Shown piece by piece: positions 1 to 10,420 of a DNA stretch of 64,000 nt. The translations under genes and the position numbers were made by a program. The notes under the pieces are model-generated. The model did no database searches. It saw nothing but the letters and a program-made list of their open reading frames with translations, and was not told the origin of the DNA. Location of the stretch: NCBI GenBank assembly GCA_007376295.1, contig VMGB01000002.1, forward strand, positions 66,844 through 130,843, written 5' to 3'. Within the stretch, counting starts at the first letter, position 1. The number at the start of each line of letters is the position of its first letter. Origin of the DNA: Parcubacteria group bacterium Gr01-1014_13. GTDB taxonomy: Bacteria; Patescibacteriota; Patescibacteriia; Magasanikbacterales; GWA2-37-8.

Positions 1-89
1 TTTCAAGTAGCGCCGTCTAGAGTGGTAATAAAAAAGGGATTTACGTCAAAACAAAAAACAGTTGAAATTATTTAAAATACTAAGTACTT

Positions 90-1229
90 ATGGACAAGGT
101 ATATTCAGATTCGTTGAAACTGCATAAAAAATTTCATGGTAAATTGGAAATAAAAAGTAAGGTGCCAATTCGGAATAAAAAATATTTATCGCTTGCTTAT
201 ACTCCCGGTGTGGCCGAGGTTTGCCGAATAATTGCGAAAGATAAAAATTTAACTCGTGAATATACTTTAAAAAGAAATACGGTAGCGGTGGTGACGGATG
301 GTTCGGCCATTTTAGGTCTGGGAAATCTGGGGCCAGAGGCAGCTATCCCGGTAATGGAAGGGAAAGCGATATTATTCAAAGAATTTGCCAATATAGACGC
401 TTTTCCCATTTGTTTAGACACTCAAGATACGGAAGAAATAATTAAAACAATAAAACATTTGGCGCCGGTTTTTGGCGGTATAAATTTGGAAGATATTTCC
501 GCGCCCCGTTGTTTTGAGATAGAAGCCAGATTAAAAAAAGAATTATCTATTCCGGTGATGCACGACGACCAGCATGGCACGGCGACGGTGGTTTTGGCAG
601 CTATGATTAATGCTTTGAAGTTAAAGAAAATTGATAAGTCGGCAGCAAAAGTAGTAATAAGCGGAGCGGGCGCCGCTGGTACAGCTGTGGCCAAGATGTT
701 GGTTAAATACGGATTTAAAAATGTTTCTGTTTGTGATAGTAAAGGTTTGCTCTATGAAAAAAGAGGTGATTTAAGTGGTTCTAAATTAGCTTTGGCCGTA
801 CTGACGGATCCACAAGTATCAGCAGATACCAGCCTAAAAGGAGTATTAAAAAAAGCCGATATATTTGTTGGTATAAGCGGGCCAAATATTATTGGCCGTG
901 CCGAAGTAAAAAGTATGAATGCCAAGCCGGTTATCTTGGCCTTAGCCAATCCAGTGCCGGAAATTATGCCAAAAGAAGCTAAGGCAGGTGGCGCCTTTAT
1001 AGTTGCCAGCGGCCGATCGGATTTTCCAAATCAAATAAATAATGTTTTGGCATTCCCTGGAATATTCAGAGGGTTATTGGATAATCAGGTAACGCAAATT
1101 ACCGACGAGATGTTGATCAAGGCCGCAGAAAGTTTGGCCGGGTATGTTAAAAAATTAAGTCCGGATAGTATTTTACCTAATCCCTTGGATAAGGGTATCG
1201 TAAAGGTGATTGCTAGAGCGATAAAATAA
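90..1229 (+). CDS. NAD(P)-dependent malic enzyme (malate dehydrogenase, oxaloacetate-decarboxylating), short form without PTA domain
   Basis: 379-aa ORF with malic-enzyme NAD-binding and catalytic-domain features (AYTPGVA, GAGAAG Rossmann motif, [10 protein letters not shown]). Confidence 0.8.
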   Translation: MDKVYSDSLKLHKKFHGKLEIKSKVPIRNKKYLSLAYTPGVAEVCRIIAKDKNLTREYTLKRNTVAVVTDGSAILGLGNLGPEAAIPVMEGKAILFKEFANIDAFPICLDTQDTEEIIKTIKHLAPVFGGINLEDISAPRCFEIEARLKKELSIPVMHDDQHGTATVVLAAMINALKLKKIDKSAAKVVISGAGAAGTAVAKMLVKYGFKNVSVCDSKGLLYEKRGDLSGSKLALAVLTDPQVSADTSLKGVLKKADIFVGISGPNIIGRAEVKSMNAKPVILALANPVPEIMPKEAKAGGAFIVASGRSDFPNQINNVLAFPGIFRGLLDNQVTQITDEMLIKAAESLAGYVKKLSPDSILPNPLDKGIVKVIARAIK

Positions 1230-1231
1230 AT

Positions 1232-1720
1232 TTATAAGGAAGAACTCTGTTTGTTGCGAGCAGAGTTCTTTTGTTTTTGCCAAAATATTAGGCTAAGAAC
1301 AAAAAGAAGGGTTGAAGTGACGGCAGAGCCCATGCAATACAAACAAATGGCTTTAATGACAAAAATTTGTAAATAGACCAGATATGCAGATGCCAAAAAT
1401 CCGAGCGGAGTAATTTTGGCGAGTAAGTTTAAAGCTTTAATTTTTTTTGTATCAAGATAAATTACCCCAAGGATAAGGACAGTGAGATAATAAAGAGAGC
1501 CTAAAAGTGAAATTGGGACAGGGCCGATCGTGGAGTAGCGACTGGTAGTAACTTCTTCACATCCTTTAAGGATAGAGCAGGCGATAGGTGTTCCTAAAAA
1601 ATGTTGAGTCGTAAGATAAGTCGCGTCGATAAAGCCAATAGCACTTAATATGAGAAAAGATATTGGAAGCCAATTAGAGAGTGCCACCAGCTTGTTGGAT
1701 GATGTTTCTGAATTCGGCAT
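1232..1720 (-). CDS. Vitamin K epoxide reductase (VKOR) family membrane protein
   Basis: 4-TM protein with loop cysteine pair (CSILKGC) and a CLYC (CXXC) motif in the last TM. Overlaps the downstream DsbA-like gene by 47 nt. Confidence 0.6.
   Translation of the reverse strand: MPNSETSSNKLVALSNWLPISFLILSAIGFIDATYLTTQHFLGTPIACSILKGCEEVTTSRYSTIGPVPISLLGSLYYLTVLILGVIYLDTKKIKALNLLAKITPLGFLASAYLVYLQIFVIKAICLYCMGSAVTSTLLFVLSLIFWQKQKNSARNKQSSSL
1238..1279. terminator. Bidirectional rho-independent terminator between maeB-like (+) and VKOR (-)
   Basis: 12-bp inverted repeat GGAAGAACTCTG...CAGAGTTCTT followed by TTGTTTTT. Confidence 0.5.
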
Positions 1721-2414
1721 AATTTTGTGGGTTTTGAATTTTTTTATTGTTTAAGAAGAAGGTGGGCGTGCCGTCGACTTCACTAGATCCGCTTTCGTAG
1801 TCGGCAGAAATTTTTGTTTTAGTTTTTTCGGAATTAAAGTCTGCTTTAAATTTATCTATGTCCAGTCCCAGTGTTTGGGCATAGGCATTAAAAGTTTCTA
1901 CAGCAAAATTAGAGCTCGACCATGTATTCTGGTTATCAAATAGCATGTTATGCATTTCCCAGAATTTTCCTTGTTGGCCTGCAGCTTCAGCTGCTTGTGC
2001 GGCTATTTTGGCATTACCATGCTGTGGCAGAGGGAAATGGCGATAAACAATAGTTAAATTTTTGAATTCCTGGCCAAGCTGTTTGACCATCGGGTAGTAA
2101 GCGCCACAAGCCGGACATTGGAAATCGCTGTATTCTATCAAAGTAACCTTCGCTTCTTTTAAGGGCGCGCCCTTTATCCAGTCGCTTTCATCAGACGCTT
2201 TTACAGTACCGCCGATAAATTTGGCTGCAGGTCCTTTGGAGGATTGCATTATTATAAGTCCTATTGTGCCAGCTACAAAAACCACAATAAAAGACCAGAG
2301 TAAAATGCGGGTAGTTTTTGTTTTCTTTTCATTGGATTCACGCGCGGCCAATTTTTCTTGGCGACGAAGTTCGTGGCGTTCTTTTTTGCTTAGGTTTTGA
2401 TCAGTTGGTTCCAT
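1674..2414 (-). CDS. DsbA-family thiol:disulfide oxidoreductase (thioredoxin fold), membrane-anchored
   Basis: N-terminal TM segment followed by a thioredoxin-like domain with CPAC active site (FQCPACGAYYP). Paired with the VKOR gene. Confidence 0.75.
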   Translation of the reverse strand: MEPTDQNLSKKERHELRRQEKLAARESNEKKTKTTRILLWSFIVVFVAGTIGLIIMQSSKGPAAKFIGGTVKASDESDWIKGAPLKEAKVTLIEYSDFQCPACGAYYPMVKQLGQEFKNLTIVYRHFPLPQHGNAKIAAQAAEAAGQQGKFWEMHNMLFDNQNTWSSSNFAVETFNAYAQTLGLDIDKFKADFNSEKTKTKISADYESGSSEVDGTPTFFLNNKKIQNPQNYAEFRNIIQQAGGTL

Positions 2415-2541
2415 AAATTAAAAGTTAAGCTTTATAAGGGGATTTTAGAACAAGTTTTATTAAAAGTCAAAGATTAAAAAACAACCCAGTATGAGTTGCT
2501 TTTGTAATAGGCGAACTTTGTAGTGTGTTCGCCGGGCACTT

Positions 2542-2934
2542 TTATCCTGCTTGTTGGGATGGCTCTTCTTCAAGACTCCATTCATATTTTTCTCCCAATT
2601 CTAATAGGGAGATGCTTTTATCAATGGAATTGAATCGGTACCTTTCACTATATCTATAGTTGATTATTTTTAGATCAAGACGAAAGGCTTTGACTGACCG
2701 AGGGTCTAGTTTTCTATAATTTTGACTCATCTGGGATAGGTTTTTGTTCCACCTTTGCCAAGCTTGTTTGGCCAGCTTTAACTCTTCTTTGTAAGCCGCC
2801 TGCTTTTTAGCATGTTCCGCCGCCAGTTTTTTGTTTTTTCTTCTGGTGCTGATTTCGTCGATAGTCAAAAGTATTAGTGCCAAAAAAATCAAAATGTGAA
2901 GAACGATACCACTATAAAACAGATATGTGTTCAT
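2542..2934 (-). CDS. Hypothetical membrane-anchored protein
   Basis: 130-aa ORF with N-terminal hydrophobic helix and a charged coiled C-terminal part; no recognisable family. Confidence 0.4.
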   Translation of the reverse strand: MNTYLFYSGIVLHILIFLALILLTIDEISTRRKNKKLAAEHAKKQAAYKEELKLAKQAWQRWNKNLSQMSQNYRKLDPRSVKAFRLDLKIINYRYSERYRFNSIDKSISLLELGEKYEWSLEEEPSQQAG

Positions 2935-3045
2935 TTCAATCTCCTTTTTGGGCGGTTTGTTCCGATTTGCAGTATATAATTTTTAGGAAATTTTTTCAAG
3001 GAGGATAAACAAAAACAACTCATTATTTGAGTTGTTTTTAACGTG

Positions 3046-3119
3046 TCGGGCTAGTGGGACTTGAACCCACAGTCCCCTGGTCCCAAACCAGGTGCTCTAG
3101 CCAATTGAGCCATAGCCCG
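3046..3119 (-). tRNA. tRNA-Pro (anticodon TGG)
   Basis: Reverse complement folds as a cloverleaf: acceptor CGGGCTA/TAGCCCG, anticodon stem CCTGG/CCAGG with loop TTTGGGA, T-loop GGTTCAAGTCC. No encoded CCA. Confidence 0.85.
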
Positions 3120-3133
3120 TTTATTTGACTCTG

Positions 3134-3205
3134 TGCCGCGGGTCAGAGTCGAACTGACCACGCCAGCCTCTTCAGGGCTGCGCTCTACCGATGAGCTACC
3201 GCGGC
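3134..3205 (-). tRNA. tRNA-Phe (anticodon GAA)
   Basis: Reverse complement GCCGCGGTAGCTCA...CAGCC CTGAAGA GGCTG...GGTTCGACTC...CCGCGGCA; anticodon loop carries GAA. Confidence 0.85.
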
Positions 3206-3209
3206 ATTG

Positions 3210-3282
3210 TGGACCCTATCGGGCTTGAACCGATCACCCCCGCGTTGCAAACGCGGTGCTCTACCAAATGAGCTAAGGGCCC
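3210..3282 (-). tRNA. tRNA-Ala (anticodon TGC)
   Basis: Reverse complement GGGCCCTTAGCTCA...CCGCG TTTGCAA CGCGG...GGTTCAAGCCC...GGGTCCA; anticodon TGC and G3:U70-type acceptor stem. Confidence 0.85.
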
Positions 3283-3384
3283 TAAAAAGTAGACATAATA
3301 TATCAGCAATTAACAAAGAAGTCAACCAATGATATAATAATTAAAGCTAAGCCTGTTTAATTTACGTTTTTAATAAATAATCAT

Positions 3385-3810
3385 ATGGTTGAGTTGACGT
3401 TGGTAATCCGTGTGGTAATAGCAATGCTTTTGGGCTGTGTGTTGGGTTGGCAGAGACAGCAAAGAGGTAAGTGGGCAGGACTTCGAACTTATGCCTTAGT
3501 TAGTGGGGGTTCGGCTCTGTTTACGGTTATTTCGTTAACAGCCTTTGGTGGAGATCCGGCCAGGATCGCTTCCAATATAGTGACAGGCATTGGTTTCCTT
3601 GGCGCTGGAACTATTTTACACAAACAAGACAGAGTGGAAGGCCTTACCACTGCTGCCGGGCTTTGGATGGTGGCCGCGGTAGGAATGACTGTAGCTTTGG
3701 AACTATATATATTAGCTGCAACAGTAAGTTTGTTGTCACTGTTAATATTTAGCATTAATGGTAGAAAAATAGGACTGAAAATGAATGATGGCAAGAGCGA
3801 AGATGATTAA
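3385..3810 (+). CDS. mgtC: MgtC/SapB family membrane protein
   Basis: 141-aa polytopic membrane protein with the MgtC signature region (GWQRQ...GLRT..LV..GSALF...GIGFLGAG.I). Confidence 0.7.
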   Translation: MVELTLVIRVVIAMLLGCVLGWQRQQRGKWAGLRTYALVSGGSALFTVISLTAFGGDPARIASNIVTGIGFLGAGTILHKQDRVEGLTTAAGLWMVAAVGMTVALELYILAATVSLLSLLIFSINGRKIGLKMNDGKSEDD

Positions 3811-3824
3811 AATATTAATCAAAA

Positions 3825-3853
3825 AACACCTCGCGGTTGCGAGGTATTTTTTA
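3825..3853. terminator. Bidirectional rho-independent terminator between mgtC (+) and recA (-)
   Basis: Hairpin CACCTCGC-GGTT-GCGAGGT followed by TATTTTTT. Confidence 0.6.
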
Positions 3854-3856
3854 ATT

Positions 3857-4933
3857 CTATTCTTCTGTTGGCGGTGGCACTTCATCCTCAGCTGATTCTT
3901 CTTCCGGATCTTCGCCTCTTTCCACCACTTCCCAAATTGCTTTGGTAATTGCTTTTATAGTTTTTGGATTATCTTTTAGGAATTTCTTGGCTGTTTCTCT
4001 GCCCACACCAAGTTTTTCTTCGCCATAGGAATAGGAATTGCCTGATTTGTTAATTACTTTGTAGAGAACACCATTATCAAGCGTGTCTCCAGAAACAGAG
4101 ATACCTTCGTTGTACATAATATCAAATTCACAAGTGCGAAAAGGTGCGGCTACTTTGTTTTTTACAACTTTGGCTTTTACACGGTTGCCAATAATTTTAT
4201 CACCTTGTTTAATTTGTGCCGCGCGGCGGACTTCAATTCTTACTGAAGAATAAAATTTCAAGGCTGTACCGCCAGTGGTAGTTTCTGGATTCCCAAAAAC
4301 GATACCGATTTTCATTCTGATTTGGTTGATGAAGATAACTACTGTTTTTGATTTACTAATGATACCTGTTAATTTGCGTAGAGCTTGACTCATCAGTCTG
4401 GCTTGAAGACCCATATGCGAATCACCCATGTCACCTTCAATTTCGGCTTTTGGTACAAGAGCAGCCACTGAGTCTACCACAATTACATCCACTGCGTTGG
4501 AACGAACCAATGTTTCCACTATTTCCAGAGCTTGTTCGCCGGTATCTGGTTGAGAAATTAATAATTCGTCTACTTTTACACCAATTTTTTTGGCATAGTC
4601 TGGATCTAAAGCATGTTCGGCATCCACAAAGGCAGCGATACCACCAAGTTTTTGTACTTCACAAACAATGTGTTGGGCTAGAGTGGTTTTACCACTGGCT
4701 TCTGGGCCGTAAATCTCTATTACGCGGCCGCGCGGTACTCCGCCTACGCCCAAAGCAACATCAAGCGACAAACAACCGGTAGGAACAGCATCAACCTGCA
4801 TTTTTTTTGCTTCCCCAAACTTCATTATAGCTCCGTCTCCGAATCTGCTTTTAATCTGTTCTATCGCGCTTTCCGCGGCTTTCAATTTCTCCTTTACCTC
4901 CTCCGAAATTTGTTTGGGCATAATATGTTGCAA
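3857..4933 (-). CDS. recA: Recombinase RecA
   Basis: 358 aa; Walker [10 protein letters not shown]; classic RecA core ([30 protein letters not shown]...IFINQIR). Confidence 0.97.
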   Translation of the reverse strand: MQHIMPKQISEEVKEKLKAAESAIEQIKSRFGDGAIMKFGEAKKMQVDAVPTGCLSLDVALGVGGVPRGRVIEIYGPEASGKTTLAQHIVCEVQKLGGIAAFVDAEHALDPDYAKKIGVKVDELLISQPDTGEQALEIVETLVRSNAVDVIVVDSVAALVPKAEIEGDMGDSHMGLQARLMSQALRKLTGIISKSKTVVIFINQIRMKIGIVFGNPETTTGGTALKFYSSVRIEVRRAAQIKQGDKIIGNRVKAKVVKNKVAAPFRTCEFDIMYNEGISVSGDTLDNGVLYKVINKSGNSYSYGEEKLGVGRETAKKFLKDNPKTIKAITKAIWEVVERGEDPEEESAEDEVPPPTEE

Positions 4934-5027
4934 CGCTTTATCAGGCGAAAGATGCTTGCAAGACTATTTTTTTAGTCTTCCCTCCAAGCATTGTTGCTTC
5001 TTTGTCTCTTTAAGCTTTGATTAAAAT

Positions 5028-5729
5028 TTAAAAATTAGTTTTTATTTGTTCTACAGAAACGGATCCGAATTTTACAATCACGTGTCTGGTGATAGTAGTG
5101 ATTTTTCCATGCTTTTTTATTGCAGATATAGTAATAGTATTTACTCCGTTTGACAAGTCCACTGGAATTTCAAACTTTCCTTTGTCGTTAGGCATGATGT
5201 CTTTACCATTTACAGTGAGACGCACTTCTTTTTCGGTTTCACCTTGTACTAGTGTCACCAATTTGCTGGAAATGTATCCGTCAGCCGGGGTAAAGACGGC
5301 CAATTTTGGCGGTTGCAGAATGCCGCTTACTTGCCAACTTAGATAACCAAGAAATCCTATGAGTAAAATTGCTACCGCTAATTTTCTAAAAATATTTGAT
5401 AGGGAGTTTAGCGCCCATAGTTTGTGAGCATGGCGTGGATGGCTTTGTGCTTCATTTACAAGGTCTGCTTCTTGGGAAAATTGATAGAGAAAACTGGCGG
5501 GATTTAGATTTAATGCTTCGGCATATTCTCGGATATATGCCAAACGATGGGCTTTGGCTTGAGGAAGTTCTTTGAAACGGCCAAGTTCAATAGATTCTAA
5601 ATACTTGTTTGGTATTCTAGTTTTTTTACTAAGATCATCCAAACTCAGCCGTTGTTCTTCGCGCGCTTTTTTTAGGCGTTCGCCCACTCTTCGCGCAGGT
5701 TCTAAATTTTTTAGGCAAAAAACAGCCAT
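5028..5729 (-). CDS. XRE-type helix-turn-helix protein, RodZ-like (HTH, TM segment, C-terminal beta domain)
   Basis: N-terminal HTH (GERLKKAREEQRLSLDDLSKKTRIPNKYLESIE), central TM helix, extracytoplasmic C-terminal domain. Confidence 0.55.
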   Translation of the reverse strand: MAVFCLKNLEPARRVGERLKKAREEQRLSLDDLSKKTRIPNKYLESIELGRFKELPQAKAHRLAYIREYAEALNLNPASFLYQFSQEADLVNEAQSHPRHAHKLWALNSLSNIFRKLAVAILLIGFLGYLSWQVSGILQPPKLAVFTPADGYISSKLVTLVQGETEKEVRLTVNGKDIMPNDKGKFEIPVDLSNGVNTITISAIKKHGKITTITRHVIVKFGSVSVEQIKTNF

Positions 5730-5732
5730 ACT

Positions 5733-8057
5733 TTATTCTTTATTTTGCTCTTCGGTTGGTTCCTCAAAAACTGGTGCGCCACCCGCATCCATACTTTGTT
5801 CGTCTTCGGGAATTTCATCCGGTTCAGTTGGGCGCATGTGTTGACCAAGCGGATTGATATGTTCGGTAAATAGTTCGCGCGGTTTGGCGCCATCAGCTGG
5901 TCCTACTATACCAGCTTCTTCCATTTCGTCCAACAATCTGGCGGCGCGGGCATAGCCAACTTTCATGCGGCGTTGTAAAAGGGAAGCGCTAGCTTTTCCA
6001 GATTCCATTACTATCTTCTTGGCTTCATCAAACAGAGGATCATTGTCGCTGTTGGCTCCGCCAAACATGTTTACAGTTCCACCACCACCGCTATTATTTC
6101 TCGACACGATAGATTCATCATAGACTGGCGGTTCGTCACCTTTCAAATGATCTATTACTCGTTTCATTTCTTCTTCGGAAACAAATGCGCCTTGCAGACG
6201 TTTTGGTTTGGACATTTCGGCGCTTAAAAATAACATATCACCGCGGCCTAATAATTTTTCTGCGCCTGAAGTATCTAAAATTGTGCGTGAATCAATTAAA
6301 GATGGTACAGAAAAGGCGATACGAGCCGGAATGTTGGCTTTCATCAGACCGGTAATTACTTCCATGCTTGGTCGTTGGGTAGCAACAATTAAATGTATAC
6401 CGACAGCACGGGCCATTTGTGCCAGACGAATAATACCGGCTTCAACTTCGCTCGCTGCCATAGCCATTAGGTCGGCTAATTCATCGATGACAAATACTAT
6501 ATATGGAAGAGGTTCAGCTGCGGATTTATTATATGAACCAATATCTCTTTTGCCAGCATCTGCTAAAAGAGTAAAACGGCGGTCCATTTCGCCGATTGTC
6601 CATTTCAATGCGTTTACAGTTTTAGCCGCATCAGTAATTACCGGAGTAAGTAAATGGGGTATGCCATTGTACATAGTAAGTTCCACGCGTTTTGGATCAA
6701 CCATTATCATGCGCAATGTTTCGGCTGTATTTTGGTAGAGCAAACTTAATAAAACTGTATTTATACAAACTGTTTTACCAGAATTGGTAGCGCCGGCGAT
6801 AAGTAAGTGTGGCATTTTTGGTAAATCGGCAAACCAAACTTTTCCAGCCACATCTTTGCCCAAGGCGATCATCATGTTGTGGTTGTCGCTATTTTTAAAC
6901 TCAGGACTCTCGAGTAATTCGCGCAAAGTAACCATGGCCACTTTTTGGTTTGGTACTTCGATACCAACCAAAGATTGGCCGGGGATTGGCGCTTCTATGC
7001 GTATGGGGTGAGCGGCTAGAGCCAAAGCCAAATCATTGCCCAGATTGGTAATGCGAGTAAGTTTTACACCTTTGGCAGGTTTGAGAGAGTATTGGGTAAC
7101 AGTTGGGCCGACACGAACTTCGCCCATATCTACTTCAATGCCAAAATTATGCAAAGTATCGCGAATAACTTCGGCGTTGCTTTTTATATCACCGGAAGTT
7201 GGTTTACTTTTGGAGGTGAATAATAAATCGATTGGCGGCAAGTCGCGGATAATTGGTTTGGGTATACCTCTTTCTTTTGGTTCTTCATTCATTTCTTCCA
7301 CAACAGTTTCTTCAGAGTCCGGTTCTTCGTGATTTTTGTTTTCTTCATTGGCGCTCAAAGTTCTTTTTTGGAAAACTCGCTGTTCTTCTTCTGTTTCAGC
7401 TTCACCATCTTCATCAGTCGTAACATCTGTGGTGCCCGTCTCGTAATCTCCTTTTATTTTAAACTCAACTTTTTCATTTTTAAATGAAGCAAAAAAAGCG
7501 ACAATTTTTTGTCCGAACCAACCTAACAGTAAAAAGAATTTTTTGTGCAGGTCGACAATTTGAGCCAAAGAAGTGTTGAAGATAAATATGACTCCGGCCA
7601 GCAGTAATCCGCAGAGCAACATAAATGCGCCCCAGTAACCAATATATGTATATAGGAACCAAGCGGGCAAAAAACCAACCAAACCGCCGCCATATCCTTG
7701 GGTAGCTAGGTCGTACATCTGTTCAACCGGTTTTTGGAGATGGATTAGGCCATTAAAGCTGAGGATAAATAAAATAGAGCCAATAAAATGAGTTGGCCGG
7801 TATTCATATTCCATGTCTTTTACCATGAGAATAGCAACCAGAATCAAAACGATCGGAACAACATAGCGTACTTGCCCAAAAGTAATGGCCAAAAGAGAGT
7901 CAATAAATTGACCGGCTACTCCGGCTAGAGAAAAAAAACTGAGAGCGGATAATCCGCCTAAAATAAACAAAAATAAAGCCAAAAGTCCTCGGCTGAGGTC
8001 TGGATTTAAATTTACTCTCTCAGAGAGTGTTAATTTTCGTTGTCTGTGTCTTCCCAT
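5733..8057 (-). CDS. ftsK: DNA translocase FtsK/SpoIIIE
   Basis: 774 aa; N-terminal multi-TM domain, acidic linker, motor domain with Walker A GATNSGKT, C-terminal gamma (winged-helix) domain. Confidence 0.95.
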   Translation of the reverse strand: MGRHRQRKLTLSERVNLNPDLSRGLLALFLFILGGLSALSFFSLAGVAGQFIDSLLAITFGQVRYVVPIVLILVAILMVKDMEYEYRPTHFIGSILFILSFNGLIHLQKPVEQMYDLATQGYGGGLVGFLPAWFLYTYIGYWGAFMLLCGLLLAGVIFIFNTSLAQIVDLHKKFFLLLGWFGQKIVAFFASFKNEKVEFKIKGDYETGTTDVTTDEDGEAETEEEQRVFQKRTLSANEENKNHEEPDSEETVVEEMNEEPKERGIPKPIIRDLPPIDLLFTSKSKPTSGDIKSNAEVIRDTLHNFGIEVDMGEVRVGPTVTQYSLKPAKGVKLTRITNLGNDLALALAAHPIRIEAPIPGQSLVGIEVPNQKVAMVTLRELLESPEFKNSDNHNMMIALGKDVAGKVWFADLPKMPHLLIAGATNSGKTVCINTVLLSLLYQNTAETLRMIMVDPKRVELTMYNGIPHLLTPVITDAAKTVNALKWTIGEMDRRFTLLADAGKRDIGSYNKSAAEPLPYIVFVIDELADLMAMAASEVEAGIIRLAQMARAVGIHLIVATQRPSMEVITGLMKANIPARIAFSVPSLIDSRTILDTSGAEKLLGRGDMLFLSAEMSKPKRLQGAFVSEEEMKRVIDHLKGDEPPVYDESIVSRNNSGGGGTVNMFGGANSDNDPLFDEAKKIVMESGKASASLLQRRMKVGYARAARLLDEMEEAGIVGPADGAKPRELFTEHINPLGQHMRPTEPDEIPEDEQSMDAGGAPVFEEPTEEQNKE

Positions 8058-8131
8058 GTTGAATATTATATCATGAAGCGATTGTTGACACTAGGTAGTT
8101 CGCATGCTAGGCTGGGGAAAGTTTTGGTTCG

Positions 8132-9184
8132 TTGACAATTCACAAAGAAAAGAGAGAAAACATGAAGGCAAAACGTAAAGATTGGTATCAGGTGGTGGTT
8201 CCAGAATCATATGAACACCTGTGCCAATTAGCGGCCAAAGGCAAAGGCATGAGAAAAGATGCCTGTAGTTGTGAAGATTCTCATCTCCATCTTAGCAGGG
8301 GCGGTAAACTCGTTCTTGGATTTTGTGCTGGTAGCTTCGCTCTTTGGATACTGTCATTTGTATGCATTTTTCTTGATACCGGGCATCGTCCTTTGTTTGC
8401 TCTTTCTGCCGTTGTTCTGCTTGTTATAATTTGTATTTTGATGTTCATTCTTCTTCGTTTGTTTGATCGAGGTTGGGCGAAAGAACATCCCGACAAAGTT
8501 ATTACAGATCTAATTCCGACTTATCTTCATACCCAGATCAATTACATGAGCACTTCTTTGTTGGGCTTTGGTAGCCGCCTTGAATTGGCAGGACTAAAAG
8601 TGCGGAAAGTGGCAGCTAAAGGAGAGTATACAGAAAAATTTGTTCGGCAGTTTTCTTCCGTGCTAGGTCCAGATGAAGAGCTGCCTCCTTATTTGGCCAG
8701 GATTGCAAAAGAAGGCCAGTATCATTTATTGTTTAATGAGGTACATGATCTGTTCGAGAAGAGCAAAAATTTGGTTGTGGCTTTTTTGGAGATCAAGCGG
8801 GGGGAAGTTAGTCGGTTTCAAAAGTCTTTACGCGCCAGTGTTGAACAACTCAAAGATTATTCGTCCGCGCGGGAGCTTTGTTTAGTGCATGCCAAAGAAG
8901 TTTGTGACAGCATAAACAAGTTAAGCATAAGATTTAATCGGATCCTTGATGAAAGCGGTGTCTCTACGCTTGGTTCGGCAGAGGAGCTCTCGGAAGACGC
9001 AAGTACAAACGTAAACAACGCCCAGTACGCAGCACATAATTTGTTGCTAAAACTCACCGAAATTCTTGCTATTACCAAGCTAGAGGAGAAAAAGCCCGAA
9101 ACTCCAGTCACAGAAGGTGGTGTTTTGACCGAGGCTGATCTCAAAGAACTTGAAGAGTTGGATTTATCCAGCTTAGACAAGTAA
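8132..9184 (+). CDS. Hypothetical membrane protein
   Basis: 350-aa ORF with two N-terminal TM helices and a C-terminal coiled/acidic region. Divergent from ftsK. No family recognised. Confidence 0.4.
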   Translation: MTIHKEKRENMKAKRKDWYQVVVPESYEHLCQLAAKGKGMRKDACSCEDSHLHLSRGGKLVLGFCAGSFALWILSFVCIFLDTGHRPLFALSAVVLLVIICILMFILLRLFDRGWAKEHPDKVITDLIPTYLHTQINYMSTSLLGFGSRLELAGLKVRKVAAKGEYTEKFVRQFSSVLGPDEELPPYLARIAKEGQYHLLFNEVHDLFEKSKNLVVAFLEIKRGEVSRFQKSLRASVEQLKDYSSARELCLVHAKEVCDSINKLSIRFNRILDESGVSTLGSAEELSEDASTNVNNAQYAAHNLLLKLTEILAITKLEEKKPETPVTEGGVLTEADLKELEELDLSSLDK

Positions 9185-9208
9185 ATTAGGTAAAACAAAA
9201 AATCTTTG

Positions 9209-9240
9209 CCCTCGATAGAAATATCGAGGGTTATTTATTT
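9209..9240 (+). terminator. Rho-independent terminator after the 8132-9184 gene
   Basis: CCCTCGATA-GAAA-TATCGAGGG followed by TTATTTATTT. Confidence 0.55.
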
Positions 9241-9504
9241 AAGAAGCTTTTTCTTCATTAAGCTGCGGCAAGAGATGCATGTTTTAACTAACGGATCAAA
9301 GTTAGAAAACTTTTTCTGAACAAAAAAATGTTCGAGAAAAAAGAGAGAGATTGTTTAAAAATTTCGATCCGGTTGAGACATCAACTTTTGCGCAGCTTGA
9401 TAAAGAAAAAATATTTTTCAAAATCATTGATGATATTTTAGAAGTGAAAAAATTTATTGTCAAGAAAATGTTATGCACAGTTTTTTGTTTTTTTATTTTT
9501 GTTA

Positions 9505-9512
9505 TGTATAAT
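9505..9512 (+). promoter_or_regulatory. Putative extended -10 element (TG-TATAAT) upstream of the small-paralog array
   Basis: TGTATAAT about 20 nt upstream of the first paralog's ribosome-binding site; -35 not evident in the AT-rich context. Confidence 0.3.
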
Positions 9513-9533
9513 TAAAATGAAAGGGTGGTATAT

Positions 9534-9746
9534 ATGGATAATAATCCTTATCGCTCCGGACCAAAACCGGAGCAGATTATTAGATTTTTCAATTCTTTTA
9601 AAGATGGTGAGGGTACATGTATTGATAGTGCAAATAAATGGCTGAAAGATATGGTAGGGAAGGTAAAGGTGCTAAAGCGCGATGTTGCCAAAAATAGGGA
9701 TGGACATTACCGGGAGATTCTTATCTGGTATCTCGAGTTGGTGTAG
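9534..9746 (+). CDS. Small protein, paralog 1 of a tandem family (unknown function)
   Basis: 70 aa from the ATG at 9534 (the ORF track used a GTG at 9525). Shares N-terminal PYR[SG]GPKPEQ and C-terminal IWY motifs with the next two genes. Confidence 0.55.
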   Translation: MDNNPYRSGPKPEQIIRFFNSFKDGEGTCIDSANKWLKDMVGKVKVLKRDVAKNRDGHYREILIWYLELV

Positions 9747-9878
9747 GGGGAAGGTTAATTTTTTCAGGCCTGAAGAGCTAAAATAGCATTTCGGGCTTTT
9801 TATTTATCCATTATTGACTTCTTAGCTTATTTGTGTTATTGTATGCGGTCCTTTAACAAACAACAGGAGGCAAGGACA

Positions 9879-10118
9879 ATGGGTGCAGAAGGTCACATGC
9901 CATTTCGTGGTGGTCCTAAATCAGAACAAGTGAAGATTTTTGCATATCACAATGCATACAATAGCAGTGGAGCTCTAGAAAAAGAAGTTGGTAAATGGTT
10001 GGAAGAAAATGAAGCAAGTATAACCATTACTAACCGCACCGTGTCTTTGGCGCGCAGCAGCGAGAGCGAAAGGAATATTTTTCTGGTAATTACCATCTGG
10101 TACCGTCCAAAGGAATAG
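9879..10118 (+). CDS. Small protein, paralog 2 of a tandem family (unknown function)
   Basis: ATG at 9879 lies 7 nt after the RBS AGGAGGCAAGGAC. The track's longer ORF from 9831 has no RBS. Product MGAEGHMPFRGGPKSEQ...IWYRPKE. Confidence 0.6.
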   Translation: MGAEGHMPFRGGPKSEQVKIFAYHNAYNSSGALEKEVGKWLEENEASITITNRTVSLARSSESERNIFLVITIWYRPKE

Positions 10119-10166
10119 GATGGTTCGTTTTTCGAAGGTCCAACAAAACAATAGGAGGCAAGGACT

Positions 10167-10394
10167 ATGGTTGAAACTGAAAAAAAGGATCCTTATCGTG
10201 GCGGACCGAAGCCGGAGCAAGTCAAGGAGTTTTCCTCTGTAAGTGCCTTAAATGATTGGCTGGCGAAGGATGGGGTTATGATGGAAATTATCCAACGTAC
10301 TGTTGCTATCTGTGGGGCAACGGGCCCTGAAAGTCATTTCTCTGCTTTGAAAACCAAGACTATCTATGTCATTTGGTACCGTCCAAAAGAGTAG
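10167..10394 (+). CDS. Small protein, paralog 3 of a tandem family (unknown function)
   Basis: Identical RBS AGGAGGCAAGGAC. Product MVETEKKDPYRGGPKPEQ...IWYRPKE. Confidence 0.6.
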   Translation: MVETEKKDPYRGGPKPEQVKEFSSVSALNDWLAKDGVMMEIIQRTVAICGATGPESHFSALKTKTIYVIWYRPKE

Positions 10395-10420
10395 GTAGTA
10401 GTCCTCAAATTCATCTTCAA

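Noticed and set aside
3489-3794. Minus-strand 101-aa ORF antisense to mgtC
   Set aside because: Fully contained in the MgtC coding region on the opposite strand; no independent support.
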